A stretch of DNA of 64,000 bases. Origin: an uncultured Clostridium sp. (GTDB lineage: Bacteria; Bacillota; Clostridia; TANB77; CAG-508). The stretch covers positions 24,658 to 88,657 of the forward strand of contig CANDRW010000001.1 in NCBI GenBank assembly GCA_947388675.1, in the 5' to 3' direction. Below, piece after piece: positions 1 through 9,215 of this stretch. Below the pieces are notes generated by a model. It saw nothing but the letters and a program-made list of their open reading frames with translations, was not told where the DNA came from and did no database searches. A program made the translations under genes and the position numbers. Each line of letters opens with the position of its first letter. Position 1 is the first letter of the stretch.

Positions 1-435
1 ATTTCCAGCTGGCATATTAGCAATTGCCATAGGAATAAACATAGGCGATACTCTTTTATTACCTTTTTCATAGTTAGTTTCGCATTGTTCTTGGATAGTT
101 CTTAACCCTCCAATACCTGAACCAACAAAAATACCTACTCTATCAAAGTCTGTATTTTCCTTTGTAATTCCTGCATCTTTCACAGCTTCTCTTGCTGCGA
201 TAATAGCAAATTGTGATGACCTATCTAACCTTTTAGCTTGCTTTGGGTCAAAATATTCTAATGGGTCATAGTTTTTTACCTCTGCATCTAATTTTGTTTT
301 GTATTCTGTAGTATCAAATAAAGTGATTTTGTCAATTCCACATTTCTTGTTTTTTATTCCTTCCCAAGTTTCTTCTACATTTTTTCCAATCGGAGTAATT
401 GCTCCTAATCCTGTTATTACAACTCTCTTCTTCAT
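1..435 (-). CDS. fabF: 3-oxoacyl-[ACP] synthase II, N-terminal part; gene continues beyond window start
   Basis: Minus-strand translation from ATG at 433-435 reads MKKRVVITGLGAITPIGKNVEETWEGIKNKKCGIDKITLFDT...FIPMAIANMPAGN, a typical KAS II N-terminus, running off the 5' edge. Confidence 0.85.
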   Translation of the reverse strand, partial: MKKRVVITGLGAITPIGKNVEETWEGIKNKKCGIDKITLFDTTEYKTKLDAEVKNYDPLEYFDPKQAKRLDRSSQFAIIAAREAVKDAGITKENTDFDRVGIFVGSGIGGLRTIQEQCETNYEKGNKRVSPMFIPMAIANMPAGN

Positions 436-669
436 TTTCCTATCCTTTCTATTTTAACTACTTAATACTGATTTTTTATAATTTTTTCTTTTAGTAACCA
501 ATAATATATGTTTCGCATTTTGAAAAATCGAGGAACATTTGCCTTATAGTACTTTAGAGCAACGCTTACTATAAAAGCTATTTATGTTTTAGTCCATACG
601 CCAATGAGACGAGTGTATGAGAAAAAGAAACATATATTATTGGTTACTAATTATAATTCTAATAAAAAA

Positions 670-1404
670 TCACATTAACATTCCACCATCAACTTGAATT
701 ACTTGCCCTGTAATATATGAACTCTCATTAGACGCTAAGAATTTCACAACATTTGCTACATCTTCCACTGTTCCCATTCTTTTTAATGGTATTGTTTTTT
801 TGATTTCTTCTTTGATTTCCTCTTTCAACACATCTGTCATTTGTGTTTCAATAAATCCTGGTGCTACTGCATTTACTAAGATGTTTCTACTTCCCACTTC
901 TTTTGCTAAACTTTTAGTGAAGCCAATAATTCCAGCTTTAGAAGCGGCATAATTTGCTTGACCTGCATTTCCGCTAATTCCTACTACGGAAGATAAATTA
1001 ATAATTCTTCCTTCTTTTTGTTTCATCATATATGGAATAACACTTTTGGTTACATTGAAAGTTCCTACAAGATTAACTTGTAATACATCTTCAAAATCTT
1101 CCTTTTTCATCCTCATTAGTAATGTATCTTTGGTAATTCCTGCATTATTTACTAATACATCTACCCTTCCTAATTGCTCAACCACTTGCTTTGTCATATT
1201 TTCACTATCTTCAAAACTAGAAACATCTCCTTGAACGGTCAAGCATTTTACACCCAATTTTTCGATTTCGCTTTTAGTTATGATTAAATCTTGATTTTCT
1301 GTTCTATAATTTACTGCAATATCATATCCTGCCTTTGCTAATGTTATTGCAATTTGCCTTCCTATTCCTCTTGTTCCACCTGTAATAAAAGCAACTTTAC
1401 TCAT
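670..1404 (-). CDS. fabG: 3-oxoacyl-[ACP] reductase (SDR family)
   Basis: 244 aa. TGGTRGIGRQIA Rossmann motif, NNAGI, YAASKAG catalytic motif. Sits in a fab cluster between fabD and fabF. Confidence 0.9.
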   Translation of the reverse strand: MSKVAFITGGTRGIGRQIAITLAKAGYDIAVNYRTENQDLIITKSEIEKLGVKCLTVQGDVSSFEDSENMTKQVVEQLGRVDVLVNNAGITKDTLLMRMKKEDFEDVLQVNLVGTFNVTKSVIPYMMKQKEGRIINLSSVVGISGNAGQANYAASKAGIIGFTKSLAKEVGSRNILVNAVAPGFIETQMTDVLKEEIKEEIKKTIPLKRMGTVEDVANVVKFLASNESSYITGQVIQVDGGMLM

Positions 1405-2344
1405 TTACCTTTTCCTCCTTTAGTTCACTTATCACTTGCTCTAATGTTTCCATATTGTTAATGCTTTTAATTTGAACTGGTCTTTCAAAGTTCATTCTTT
1501 TGACAAATCCAGTTATTGTTTTTCTAGGTAAAATTTCAACAAATGTATCTATTCCACTATCATACATAGTTAGTAAATCTTCTGAAAATCTAACTGGGTT
1601 CATAATATGGTCAGCTAAAGTTTGTACAATGTCATCTGTTTGTCTGTATAACTTTCCGTCAATATTTCTAACTACTTTTGAATCTTTACAGTTAATTTTT
1701 ATTTTACTTAATTCTTCTTTTAAAGCTTTAGAACATTCACTTAGTTTCTCTGTATGGAAAGGACCTGCGGTGTTTAAAACACTTACCTTTTTAGCTCCCC
1801 ATGCTTTCGCTATTTCTCCTACTTGATTTACTGCCTCTTCTTCTCCTGAAATGACAGTTTGACCAATAGTATTAAAATTAGTAGGAACTACAAAACCTTC
1901 TACTTGTTTACAAGCTTCTTGTGCTTTTTCTGCTTCTAAGCCTAATATAGCAGCCATTTTCCAATTTCCTTGAGGAGTTAAATTTTGCATGATTTCTCCT
2001 CTTTTTTGCACTAACTTTATACCATCTTCAAAATCAAATATTCCATCTTCAATTAATGCTGTATATTCTCCCAAGCTTAGTCCTGCCAACATTTCAGCTT
2101 GTATATCATTCTTCTTTAAAATAGACAATACTGCTAAACATTCTGTTAACACACTTACTTGTGTATTTTGCGTTTGATTTAACTCCTCCTCTGGTCCTTC
2201 AAAAGATATCCTTTTAATGTCTATTCCTGTAATTTTCTCTACTTTGTCATAAACTTCTCTTGCTTCTTCATAATTTTCATATAATTCTTTTCCCATTCCT
2301 ACAACTTGCGCACCCTGCCCTGGTAATAAAAATCCTATTTTCAT
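1397..2344 (-). CDS. fabD: malonyl CoA-ACP transacylase
   Basis: 315 aa. GQGAQ and GLSLGEY active-site motifs. Overlaps the fabG start. Confidence 0.9.
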   Translation of the reverse strand: MKIGFLLPGQGAQVVGMGKELYENYEEAREVYDKVEKITGIDIKRISFEGPEEELNQTQNTQVSVLTECLAVLSILKKNDIQAEMLAGLSLGEYTALIEDGIFDFEDGIKLVQKRGEIMQNLTPQGNWKMAAILGLEAEKAQEACKQVEGFVVPTNFNTIGQTVISGEEEAVNQVGEIAKAWGAKKVSVLNTAGPFHTEKLSECSKALKEELSKIKINCKDSKVVRNIDGKLYRQTDDIVQTLADHIMNPVRFSEDLLTMYDSGIDTFVEILPRKTITGFVKRMNFERPVQIKSINNMETLEQVISELKEEKVNE

Positions 2345-2919
2345 CTCTTAGTTCTCCTTTCCATTACAGCTTCAAATTGATTGCAAAACTCTGTTATCAC
2401 TTTATTTCTATCTACTTCTATCCCAAACTCTTTTTGAATAGAAGTAGCTATATTTTCAATATCACTTGTAAAGTTCATTTTATTGGTATTAATTCCAATT
2501 CCTATTACTAAAAATTTCACAGTTTCTAAATGCACTTTACTTTCTGTTAGAATACCTCCTATTTTTTTCTGATGATACATAATATCATTTGGTTCTTTTA
2601 TTTCTAATCCTATACCATATTCTTTCTTTAAAATATCTACTAGAATTTGTGCTATTTCTACTGTAATTCCTTCTAGTTTTTCTGGTGTACATTCTGTTTG
2701 GATATATAGAGAAAAACTAATATTGTTTGGCTCATCAGTGTGCCAAATTCGTCCATGTGTTCCTTTTCCTTGCGTTTGGAGGTCAGCTATTACAACACTT
2801 CCATTGACACTCGTATGGTTTTCTATTCTTCTCCAAATTTCATTTTGGGTAGAATCTATTTCATGATAGAAACTAACATCTCTTCCTAAAAAATTAGTGG
2901 TTAAGTTCGTAAATTGCAT
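2341..2919 (-). CDS. biotin/lipoate protein ligase (BPL/LPL) catalytic-domain protein, no HTH or C-terminal domain
   Basis: 192 aa. GRDVSFYHEIDSTQ and QTQGKGTHGRIWHT resemble BirA biotin-binding motifs. Ends 3 nt before fabD, so there is no room for a BirA C-terminal domain. Confidence 0.55.
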   Translation of the reverse strand: MQFTNLTTNFLGRDVSFYHEIDSTQNEIWRRIENHTSVNGSVVIADLQTQGKGTHGRIWHTDEPNNISFSLYIQTECTPEKLEGITVEIAQILVDILKKEYGIGLEIKEPNDIMYHQKKIGGILTESKVHLETVKFLVIGIGINTNKMNFTSDIENIATSIQKEFGIEVDRNKVITEFCNQFEAVMERRTKR

Positions 2920-4612
2920 CTAAATTTGCCTGCCTTTTAATTTTATTTGTTGTCGTTTTAATAAGTGGTTCTTCTGTTAGAATAAGTCCTCTAATTGCTT
3001 TGTACTTTGGCATTTGCTCATTGACTTCTTTTATTTTTTCTAAAATAGCCTTGTAGATTTCTTCCTCTGTTTCTGCTTTATATACATTTTTTACAATTTC
3101 TTTATCATACACTACTTTGACATGGATTTTAATATTTTCCTTATCCTCTGATAGTTGTTTTCCAAAAATGAAAGACTCTTTTACTCCCTCAATTTTATTC
3201 ACTAAAACTTCCATTTCTTCTGGGAAAATATTTTTACCATTTTTTAATACAATCACACTTTTCTTTCTTCCACAAATATAGATATATCCATCTTCATCTA
3301 TTTTTGCTAAATCACCTGTGTAAAACCATTCACCTTGAAAAGCCTCTTTAGTTGCTACTTCATCTTGGTAATATCCTAAAGCAATATTAGGTCCTTTTAC
3401 TACTAGTTCACCAATACCTTCTTGATTGACATCTACTAGTTTTGCCTCCATACTTGGTACCACTTTTCCAATAGAGCCTAGTCTATATTCTTCATTGGTT
3501 CCTACGGCTACTACTGGTGATGTTTCTGTTAATCCATATCCTTGTACTAAATTAAGTCCTAATAACCTGTATCTTTCTTCTATTTTTCTATCTAAAGCTG
3601 CTGCTCCTGAAATAAATAGTTTGATATTTCCGCCTAGCATTTCATGGATTTCTGGAAATGCTTTTCTTTTTTCTTCCATAGTATGATTTCTTAATTCTTC
3701 TTCTCTTCTTAAAATTTCTTCTAGTTTACCTTGCTTTTCTAGTCCTTTTCTAATAATATCAAATATTCTTTCATAAATTCCTGGAACGCAAGCCATAACA
3801 CTTACTTTGTATTCTTTTAAGTTATCAATTACATGTTTTAATCCATCACAAAATACAGTGGTTGCTCCTTTGTATAAAGAAAAAAGAAATCCAACTGTAC
3901 ATTCAAAAACATGGTGAATTGGTAAAATAGAGAGTAATGTATCTTCTGATGTAATATCTAAAATGCTTCCAATGTCCATTAAATTTGAACATATATTTTT
4001 GTGTGAAAGTGATACTACTTTTGAACTAGAGGTAGTTCCTGAGGTAAATAACATAATTGCCATTTTTTCACTATCAATTTTAGCATCTATAAATTCTCTA
4101 TTTCCTTGTGCAATTAGATTTTCACCTTTTTGGATTAATTCTTGCTCAGAATAAATACCGCTTGCATGTTCTGTATTATCCATTGAGATTAAGTGTTTTA
4201 GTTTATTATTTTCATTGTATTTTATTTTTGTTAATGCTTCTTCATATTTTTGGGAATAAAAAATTGCTTCTACTTCTGATCTTTCAATTAAGGATTCTAA
4301 TTCATTTTCTGGTAAGGATTTGTCTAATGGCACAACAATACCTGTTCCACATACAATAGAAAGATATGCAATTTCCCATTCATAACGATTTTCTCCAATA
4401 ACTGCAATTCTTTTTCCTTTTAATCCCATATCTATTAATGCTGTTCCAAGGCTATCTACCATTTTTCTTACTTGTTTGTGAGTAAATGTGATATATCCAT
4501 CTTTTCCATCTCTTACTTTATACGCTATTTTATCTGCATAGATGTCTTTTGTCTTGTTTAACATATCCTTTAAGTCTGTAATTTCAATAGTTTCATATAG
4601 CTTTTTACTCAT
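2894..4612 (-). CDS. AMP-dependent acyl-CoA synthetase/ligase (long-chain fatty acid CoA ligase-like)
   Basis: 572 aa. AMP-binding signature TSGTTSSSK, GYGLTETS, and a C-terminal GRKK motif. Confidence 0.75.
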   Translation of the reverse strand: MSKKLYETIEITDLKDMLNKTKDIYADKIAYKVRDGKDGYITFTHKQVRKMVDSLGTALIDMGLKGKRIAVIGENRYEWEIAYLSIVCGTGIVVPLDKSLPENELESLIERSEVEAIFYSQKYEEALTKIKYNENNKLKHLISMDNTEHASGIYSEQELIQKGENLIAQGNREFIDAKIDSEKMAIMLFTSGTTSSSKVVSLSHKNICSNLMDIGSILDITSEDTLLSILPIHHVFECTVGFLFSLYKGATTVFCDGLKHVIDNLKEYKVSVMACVPGIYERIFDIIRKGLEKQGKLEEILRREEELRNHTMEEKRKAFPEIHEMLGGNIKLFISGAAALDRKIEERYRLLGLNLVQGYGLTETSPVVAVGTNEEYRLGSIGKVVPSMEAKLVDVNQEGIGELVVKGPNIALGYYQDEVATKEAFQGEWFYTGDLAKIDEDGYIYICGRKKSVIVLKNGKNIFPEEMEVLVNKIEGVKESFIFGKQLSEDKENIKIHVKVVYDKEIVKNVYKAETEEEIYKAILEKIKEVNEQMPKYKAIRGLILTEEPLIKTTTNKIKRQANLDAIYELNH

Positions 4613-4764
4613 TTGTTTCGTTCTCCTTTTTACTTAAATTTCCAATTTATACTATGTTTTTATATCATATTTTCGAAAAAAAATCTTTAGACTGAGAGGT
4701 CAGTATAAAAAACTTTCGCATATTTCTTTCTATTCTTTCATAAATTTTTATTGGTGAAGTTTAC

Positions 4765-5901
4765 ATGTTATTGTCTAAAAAATTAAAATGGATATTCCTT
4801 ATTTCTTTTTCTCTCTTACTAGTTTTAGTAGGTTTCTTTTCTTTTGAAAGACTTTCAGCCATTCCTGTTTCAAGTAGTCAAGCTTTTGAATGGCATAATT
4901 CTACTTCAGAAAATACTGTACAAGAAAAGAAATATATTAAGTGGTTTGAGTTTAAAGTTTCTTATGAGGTTCTAGATAAGACATCTAAATTAGATATTCA
5001 ATCACATAACAATCATGAAGATGTGAAACTAAATTGGATTGAATTAATCTCTTATTTAGCCTGTAAATATGGAAATGATTTTTCAAGATACAAATCTCAA
5101 GACTTAACTAATTTAGTAGAAAAATTAAGAAGCGGTCAAACTATGGCTGATTTGACAAAAGATATGAAGAATTATAACTATTATTTTGAAGGCTATGATA
5201 GTGTATTACATGAATTTATTGGGGATTTTAAACAAGAAGTCAAAACTACTGTAAGTTCAAAAACAAATACCGAAGGCACTTCTAGCCTAGATAATTCTAC
5301 TGTTGAACAAGAAATTCCTCAAAAGCAATTTGAAAATAAATATGGTGTTAAAGCCTTCCACCCTGTTGCTAAAAACTATTCTTATAGTCATTATGATGAT
5401 TTTGGTGCTTCTAGGTCTTATGGATATAAAAGGCTACATTTTGGAAATGATTTAATGGGAAGTGTTGGTGCTCCTATTATTGCAGTAGAATCTGGTGTTG
5501 TAGAAGCAGCTGGTTGGAATCAATATGGTGGTTGGAGAATTGGTATTCGTAGTTTTGATAAAAAACGTTATTATTACTACGCCCATTTGAGAAAAAATCA
5601 TCCTTATGCTGAAAATCTAAAAGAAGGCCAAATTGTGCAAGCAGGTGATGTCATTGGTTATCTTGGTATGACTGGATATAGTACGAAAGAGAATGTCAAT
5701 AATATCAATGTTCCTCATCTTCATTTTGGTATACAGCTTATTTTTGATGAAGTGCAAAAAGAAGGACCTAATCAAATTTGGGTAGATTTGTATGATTTAG
5801 TAAATTTCTTGCAAAAAAATCGTAGTGAAGTTTACAAGAGTAACCAAGAGACTAAAGATTATTCAAGGAAATATGAAATAATAGATCCAATTGTGCCATA
5901 A
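4765..5901 (+). CDS. secreted M23 family metallopeptidase
   Basis: 378 aa. N-terminal signal/TM segment. M23 motifs HFGNDL, GYLGMTGYST, HLHFGI. Confidence 0.75.
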   Translation: MLLSKKLKWIFLISFSLLLVLVGFFSFERLSAIPVSSSQAFEWHNSTSENTVQEKKYIKWFEFKVSYEVLDKTSKLDIQSHNNHEDVKLNWIELISYLACKYGNDFSRYKSQDLTNLVEKLRSGQTMADLTKDMKNYNYYFEGYDSVLHEFIGDFKQEVKTTVSSKTNTEGTSSLDNSTVEQEIPQKQFENKYGVKAFHPVAKNYSYSHYDDFGASRSYGYKRLHFGNDLMGSVGAPIIAVESGVVEAAGWNQYGGWRIGIRSFDKKRYYYYAHLRKNHPYAENLKEGQIVQAGDVIGYLGMTGYSTKENVNNINVPHLHFGIQLIFDEVQKEGPNQIWVDLYDLVNFLQKNRSEVYKSNQETKDYSRKYEIIDPIVP

Positions 5902-5931
5902 ACCGTTTTAGAAATTTCCTCTAAAACGGTT

Positions 5932-6231
5932 TTATTTTTTTTGCTTTTCAATAGGTACTACTCTCAAAGTATATCCCATAGGGTATAATAATTTGAGTAT
6001 AGTATATATTTGAGGTGAATTTGTATGTTTTTCTATTCTAGCAATTGCTGGTTGCTTTATTCCACTTATTCTACTTAATTCTTCTTGTGTAAGATTTTTG
6101 TTCTTTCTTGCTTCAATAGTTGCTCTAATAATATCTTCTTCTATTTTTATTGCTTCTTCTTCTTCAGGAGTTAATTTTAGATTAGCTTTTACTTCTTCCC
6201 AAGTCAATTCTTTCTTTCCCATTTTAACCAT
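5932..6231 (-). CDS. HTH XRE-family antitoxin (HigA-like)
   Basis: 99 aa HTH_XRE (NLTQEELSRISGIKQPAIARIE). Overlaps the upstream toxin gene by 8 nt. Confidence 0.7.
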   Translation of the reverse strand: MVKMGKKELTWEEVKANLKLTPEEEEAIKIEEDIIRATIEARKNKNLTQEELSRISGIKQPAIARIEKHTNSPQIYTILKLLYPMGYTLRVVPIEKQKK

Positions 6232-6580
6232 TCCTCTCTTTATAATCCTTCAACAATCTTCTTGCCCTTTCAATTTCTCTTTTGGGAGTTTTTTGTGTTT
6301 CTTTCATAAAGCATGTTAATAACAAAAATTTATTATTGGTATAATAGGCAAAAAGTATTCTATCTCTTATTGGTCTTAATTCCCATATATCATCTTCTAA
6401 ATGTTTTATATATGGACTTCCTATTTCTAAACCTTGTTCTGATAATAAATTCATATATGCTATTATTTTGTTGAGTTTTACTCTATTATCTTTATTATTT
6501 ACTTGTTTTCTCAATGTATTAATATAATTTTCTACTTCACTTTCTCCATTTTGATTTTGATAAAAAATAATTTTATACAT
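6224..6580 (-). CDS. type II toxin, HigB/Gp49-like (RelE/ParE superfamily)
   Basis: 118 aa. Resembles the phage Gp49-like (DUF891) toxin. Toxin-first then XRE antitoxin is the HigBA arrangement. Confidence 0.6.
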   Translation of the reverse strand: MYKIIFYQNQNGESEVENYINTLRKQVNNKDNRVKLNKIIAYMNLLSEQGLEIGSPYIKHLEDDIWELRPIRDRILFAYYTNNKFLLLTCFMKETQKTPKREIERARRLLKDYKERNG

Positions 6581-6861
6581 ATATTGCTCCTTTTAATATA
6601 ACATATTTGTTATAAAATGTCAATTGATTTTTTCTGGGGATTTGATTAAGAATTAAAATTAAAATGATTTATAATTAACTTTTTTCATGTTACTACAATT
6701 CTTTATACTATGTCAATTAAAATCGATAGACATATTTCTACATAAAATGACAAAGTATATTCCAATAAAAAAGAAACTTTAGAAAATATCTAAATATCAC
6801 TAAAGTTTCATTATCCAATTTAGTCCCATTTGACTTCATTTCTTTATACTTTATGTAAAAA

Positions 6862-7527
6862 CTATTCTCCCTCCATAAGTCCATCTTCTATTTTGTCAAT
6901 TAATTTTTTAGAGATTTCTTCAACAGATTTAACCATAGTTCCTATATTAGCCTCAACAGTTATCTCCTTACTATTAATCCAAATAGTATTTAATCCCTCT
7001 TGCTTTGCTCTTGTGATATCTAAATAAATATCATCACCAATCATAACACATTCATTGGGCTTTTTATCACCACAAGCACTCAAATATGCCTCTTTATTTG
7101 GTTTTATTTTATGTTCTCCATAACATTCTTGAAAATATTGTCCTATTCCCATATTATTTAATCTGTTCAATTGAGACTCTGCGAAATAATTAGTCAATAA
7201 TACTAATTCATATCTTTGTGCTAATCTTTGTATCGCATCTATCAATAATTGGTTTCTAGGAGGTATGCATATTTTCAATTCTTCAAAAAATACTGTAACA
7301 AATTCTTGTGGCATTTCTCTGTTTATAGCATTTCCCATATGTGTTGTATAATCTACAATATTATAATTATCATACATTTGCTCATATGTTTTTATTCCTT
7401 GTAAAAATAGTCTCACTGCTTCATCAGAATATACTCCTATTCTTTTTAAGGTTTTTTCAACACTAGCTACAAAGTTAACTCCTTGTATAAGAGTTCCATC
7501 TACATCAAAAATAAGTCTTTTTATCAT
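6862..7527 (-). CDS. HAD-family hydrolase
   Basis: 221 aa. Motif I FDVDGTL and a C-terminal GDD motif. Confidence 0.7.
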   Translation of the reverse strand: MIKRLIFDVDGTLIQGVNFVASVEKTLKRIGVYSDEAVRLFLQGIKTYEQMYDNYNIVDYTTHMGNAINREMPQEFVTVFFEELKICIPPRNQLLIDAIQRLAQRYELVLLTNYFAESQLNRLNNMGIGQYFQECYGEHKIKPNKEAYLSACGDKKPNECVMIGDDIYLDITRAKQEGLNTIWINSKEITVEANIGTMVKSVEEISKKLIDKIEDGLMEGE

Positions 7528-7692
7528 GTTATCTAAATTCTCCTTTAATTTAAATTACTATAGATTAGGATTATGTAGCTTTTACCTTGTCTTTAAAAAT
7601 TTCCTCTTGCTTTTCTATAATCTTATTAACTAGAATAGATAACGGTAAACATAACAAAATTATCCAAATAACTACTAATTTACCCTACTTTA

Positions 7693-8508
7693 CTATGCAA
7701 ACTGATTAGCTAATTGATCTATTGGAATCCCACCATTATCACTCCAATCAATCTTAACATTATCGAATTCCTCACTTCTAAAATTATTTAGTCTTTGATA
7801 GTCTTCTTTTTCCATCTCAAAGTTTAATGCTTGTTTATTCTCACTTATCCTATCTATATTAGTTGATTTTACTAAGGCTATCATTTTCTTTTCCTTTATC
7901 AACCAATTAAGTATAATCTGATTTTGAGTTTTTTGGTATTTATTAGCCAATTCAACCAATATCGGATAATTCCTTTGTGCTGTCCTATTTCTTCTTAGTG
8001 GTTGATAGCATAAGAATTTTATATTCTTTTGATTGCAATACTCAAAGAAATCTATTTTAATCTCTTTATTTATTTCTTCTAATTGTTCTAAACTTGCATT
8101 GCTAATGCCTATATATTTTACTTTTCCTATTTCTACCATTTTTTGTATTTCTTTATAAACATTTATTAGAGGAATCTTTGAAAATGAAGGCTTATGTAAT
8201 TGAAGCATATCAAGACACTCAATATTAAGACTATTTAGATATTCATCTAACTGCTTTTCCACATCTTCTTCACATTCAATATTAGGTTCCAAATTTGCTG
8301 CAATAAATAATTTTTCTCTATCTACTTTGTCTATAAATTTTTTCAGTTGCTTTACGACTTCTCCATTATTGTATAGCATAGATAAAGACAAATAATTTTG
8401 TCCCAAGTTATAAGAATACATCAAAGCCTTTATATCATTTTCTATATTTTCAGGCTCTATTTTCCATGTCCCTATACCTATTTCAAATATTTCATTTCTA
8501 TTTGTCAT
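7693..8508 (-). CDS. aldo/keto reductase family oxidoreductase
   Basis: 271 aa, AKR-like pattern (IGIGTW, LDMLQLH). Confidence 0.55.
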   Translation of the reverse strand: MTNRNEIFEIGIGTWKIEPENIENDIKALMYSYNLGQNYLSLSMLYNNGEVVKQLKKFIDKVDREKLFIAANLEPNIECEEDVEKQLDEYLNSLNIECLDMLQLHKPSFSKIPLINVYKEIQKMVEIGKVKYIGISNASLEQLEEINKEIKIDFFEYCNQKNIKFLCYQPLRRNRTAQRNYPILVELANKYQKTQNQIILNWLIKEKKMIALVKSTNIDRISENKQALNFEMEKEDYQRLNNFRSEEFDNVKIDWSDNGGIPIDQLANQFA

Positions 8509-8529
8509 AACACTCTCCTAATTTTCTTC

Positions 8530-9075
8530 TCAATACAACTTTTGATACATCTCATAATCATTCAAAATTCGTCTTACATACATATTCGTTTCTTTATATG
8601 GTATGTTTTCCAAATCTGTGCCATCATCCTTAATCGTTCCTCTTTCTATCCAATTGTTTACATTTCCCATTCCTGCGTTATAAGCAGCTAATGCAATTCC
8701 CACTTGATTATCATATTTTTCTAACAATTGCGAAAAATAATAGGTTCCTAATCTAATATTCGTTTCTGGGTCATATAAATCTACTTCTACTTGCTTTGAT
8801 AATTCTATAGCAGTTTTATCCATTAGTTGCATAAGCCCTTTTGCATCATTATGTGATTTGGCTTGTGGATTAAAATCACTTTCCGCTTTAATAATCGCAA
8901 AAATTAGTAAAGGATCTACTTCACATTCTGCAGCATATTTTGTCACATATTCAGCATATTCTTGAGGATATGCTATTTTCATTATCTTGTTTTCCAAGCC
9001 TAATAAATGAAATAAAACAAAATATAAGATAAAAATAAATATTAATAGTATCAATAATCTTTTTAATACTTTCAC
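8530..9075 (-). CDS. lytic transglycosylase (SLT domain), membrane-anchored
   Basis: 181 aa. N-terminal TM, SLT motifs ESDFNPQAKSHNDAKGLMQLM and AAYNAG. Confidence 0.75.
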   Translation of the reverse strand: MKVLKRLLILLIFIFILYFVLFHLLGLENKIMKIAYPQEYAEYVTKYAAECEVDPLLIFAIIKAESDFNPQAKSHNDAKGLMQLMDKTAIELSKQVEVDLYDPETNIRLGTYYFSQLLEKYDNQVGIALAAYNAGMGNVNNWIERGTIKDDGTDLENIPYKETNMYVRRILNDYEMYQKLY

Positions 9076-9215
9076 TTAACTTTCTAAACTCTCCTTTGTT
9101 TTTCTATACTCTAGGAAATTACCTGCGTAGCATGTAATTGACGTAGAGTATAGTTATTACGAATGCTACAAATTCTTAATGACTTTGTCATTTAGAATTT
9201 GTTAACTTCGTTTCC

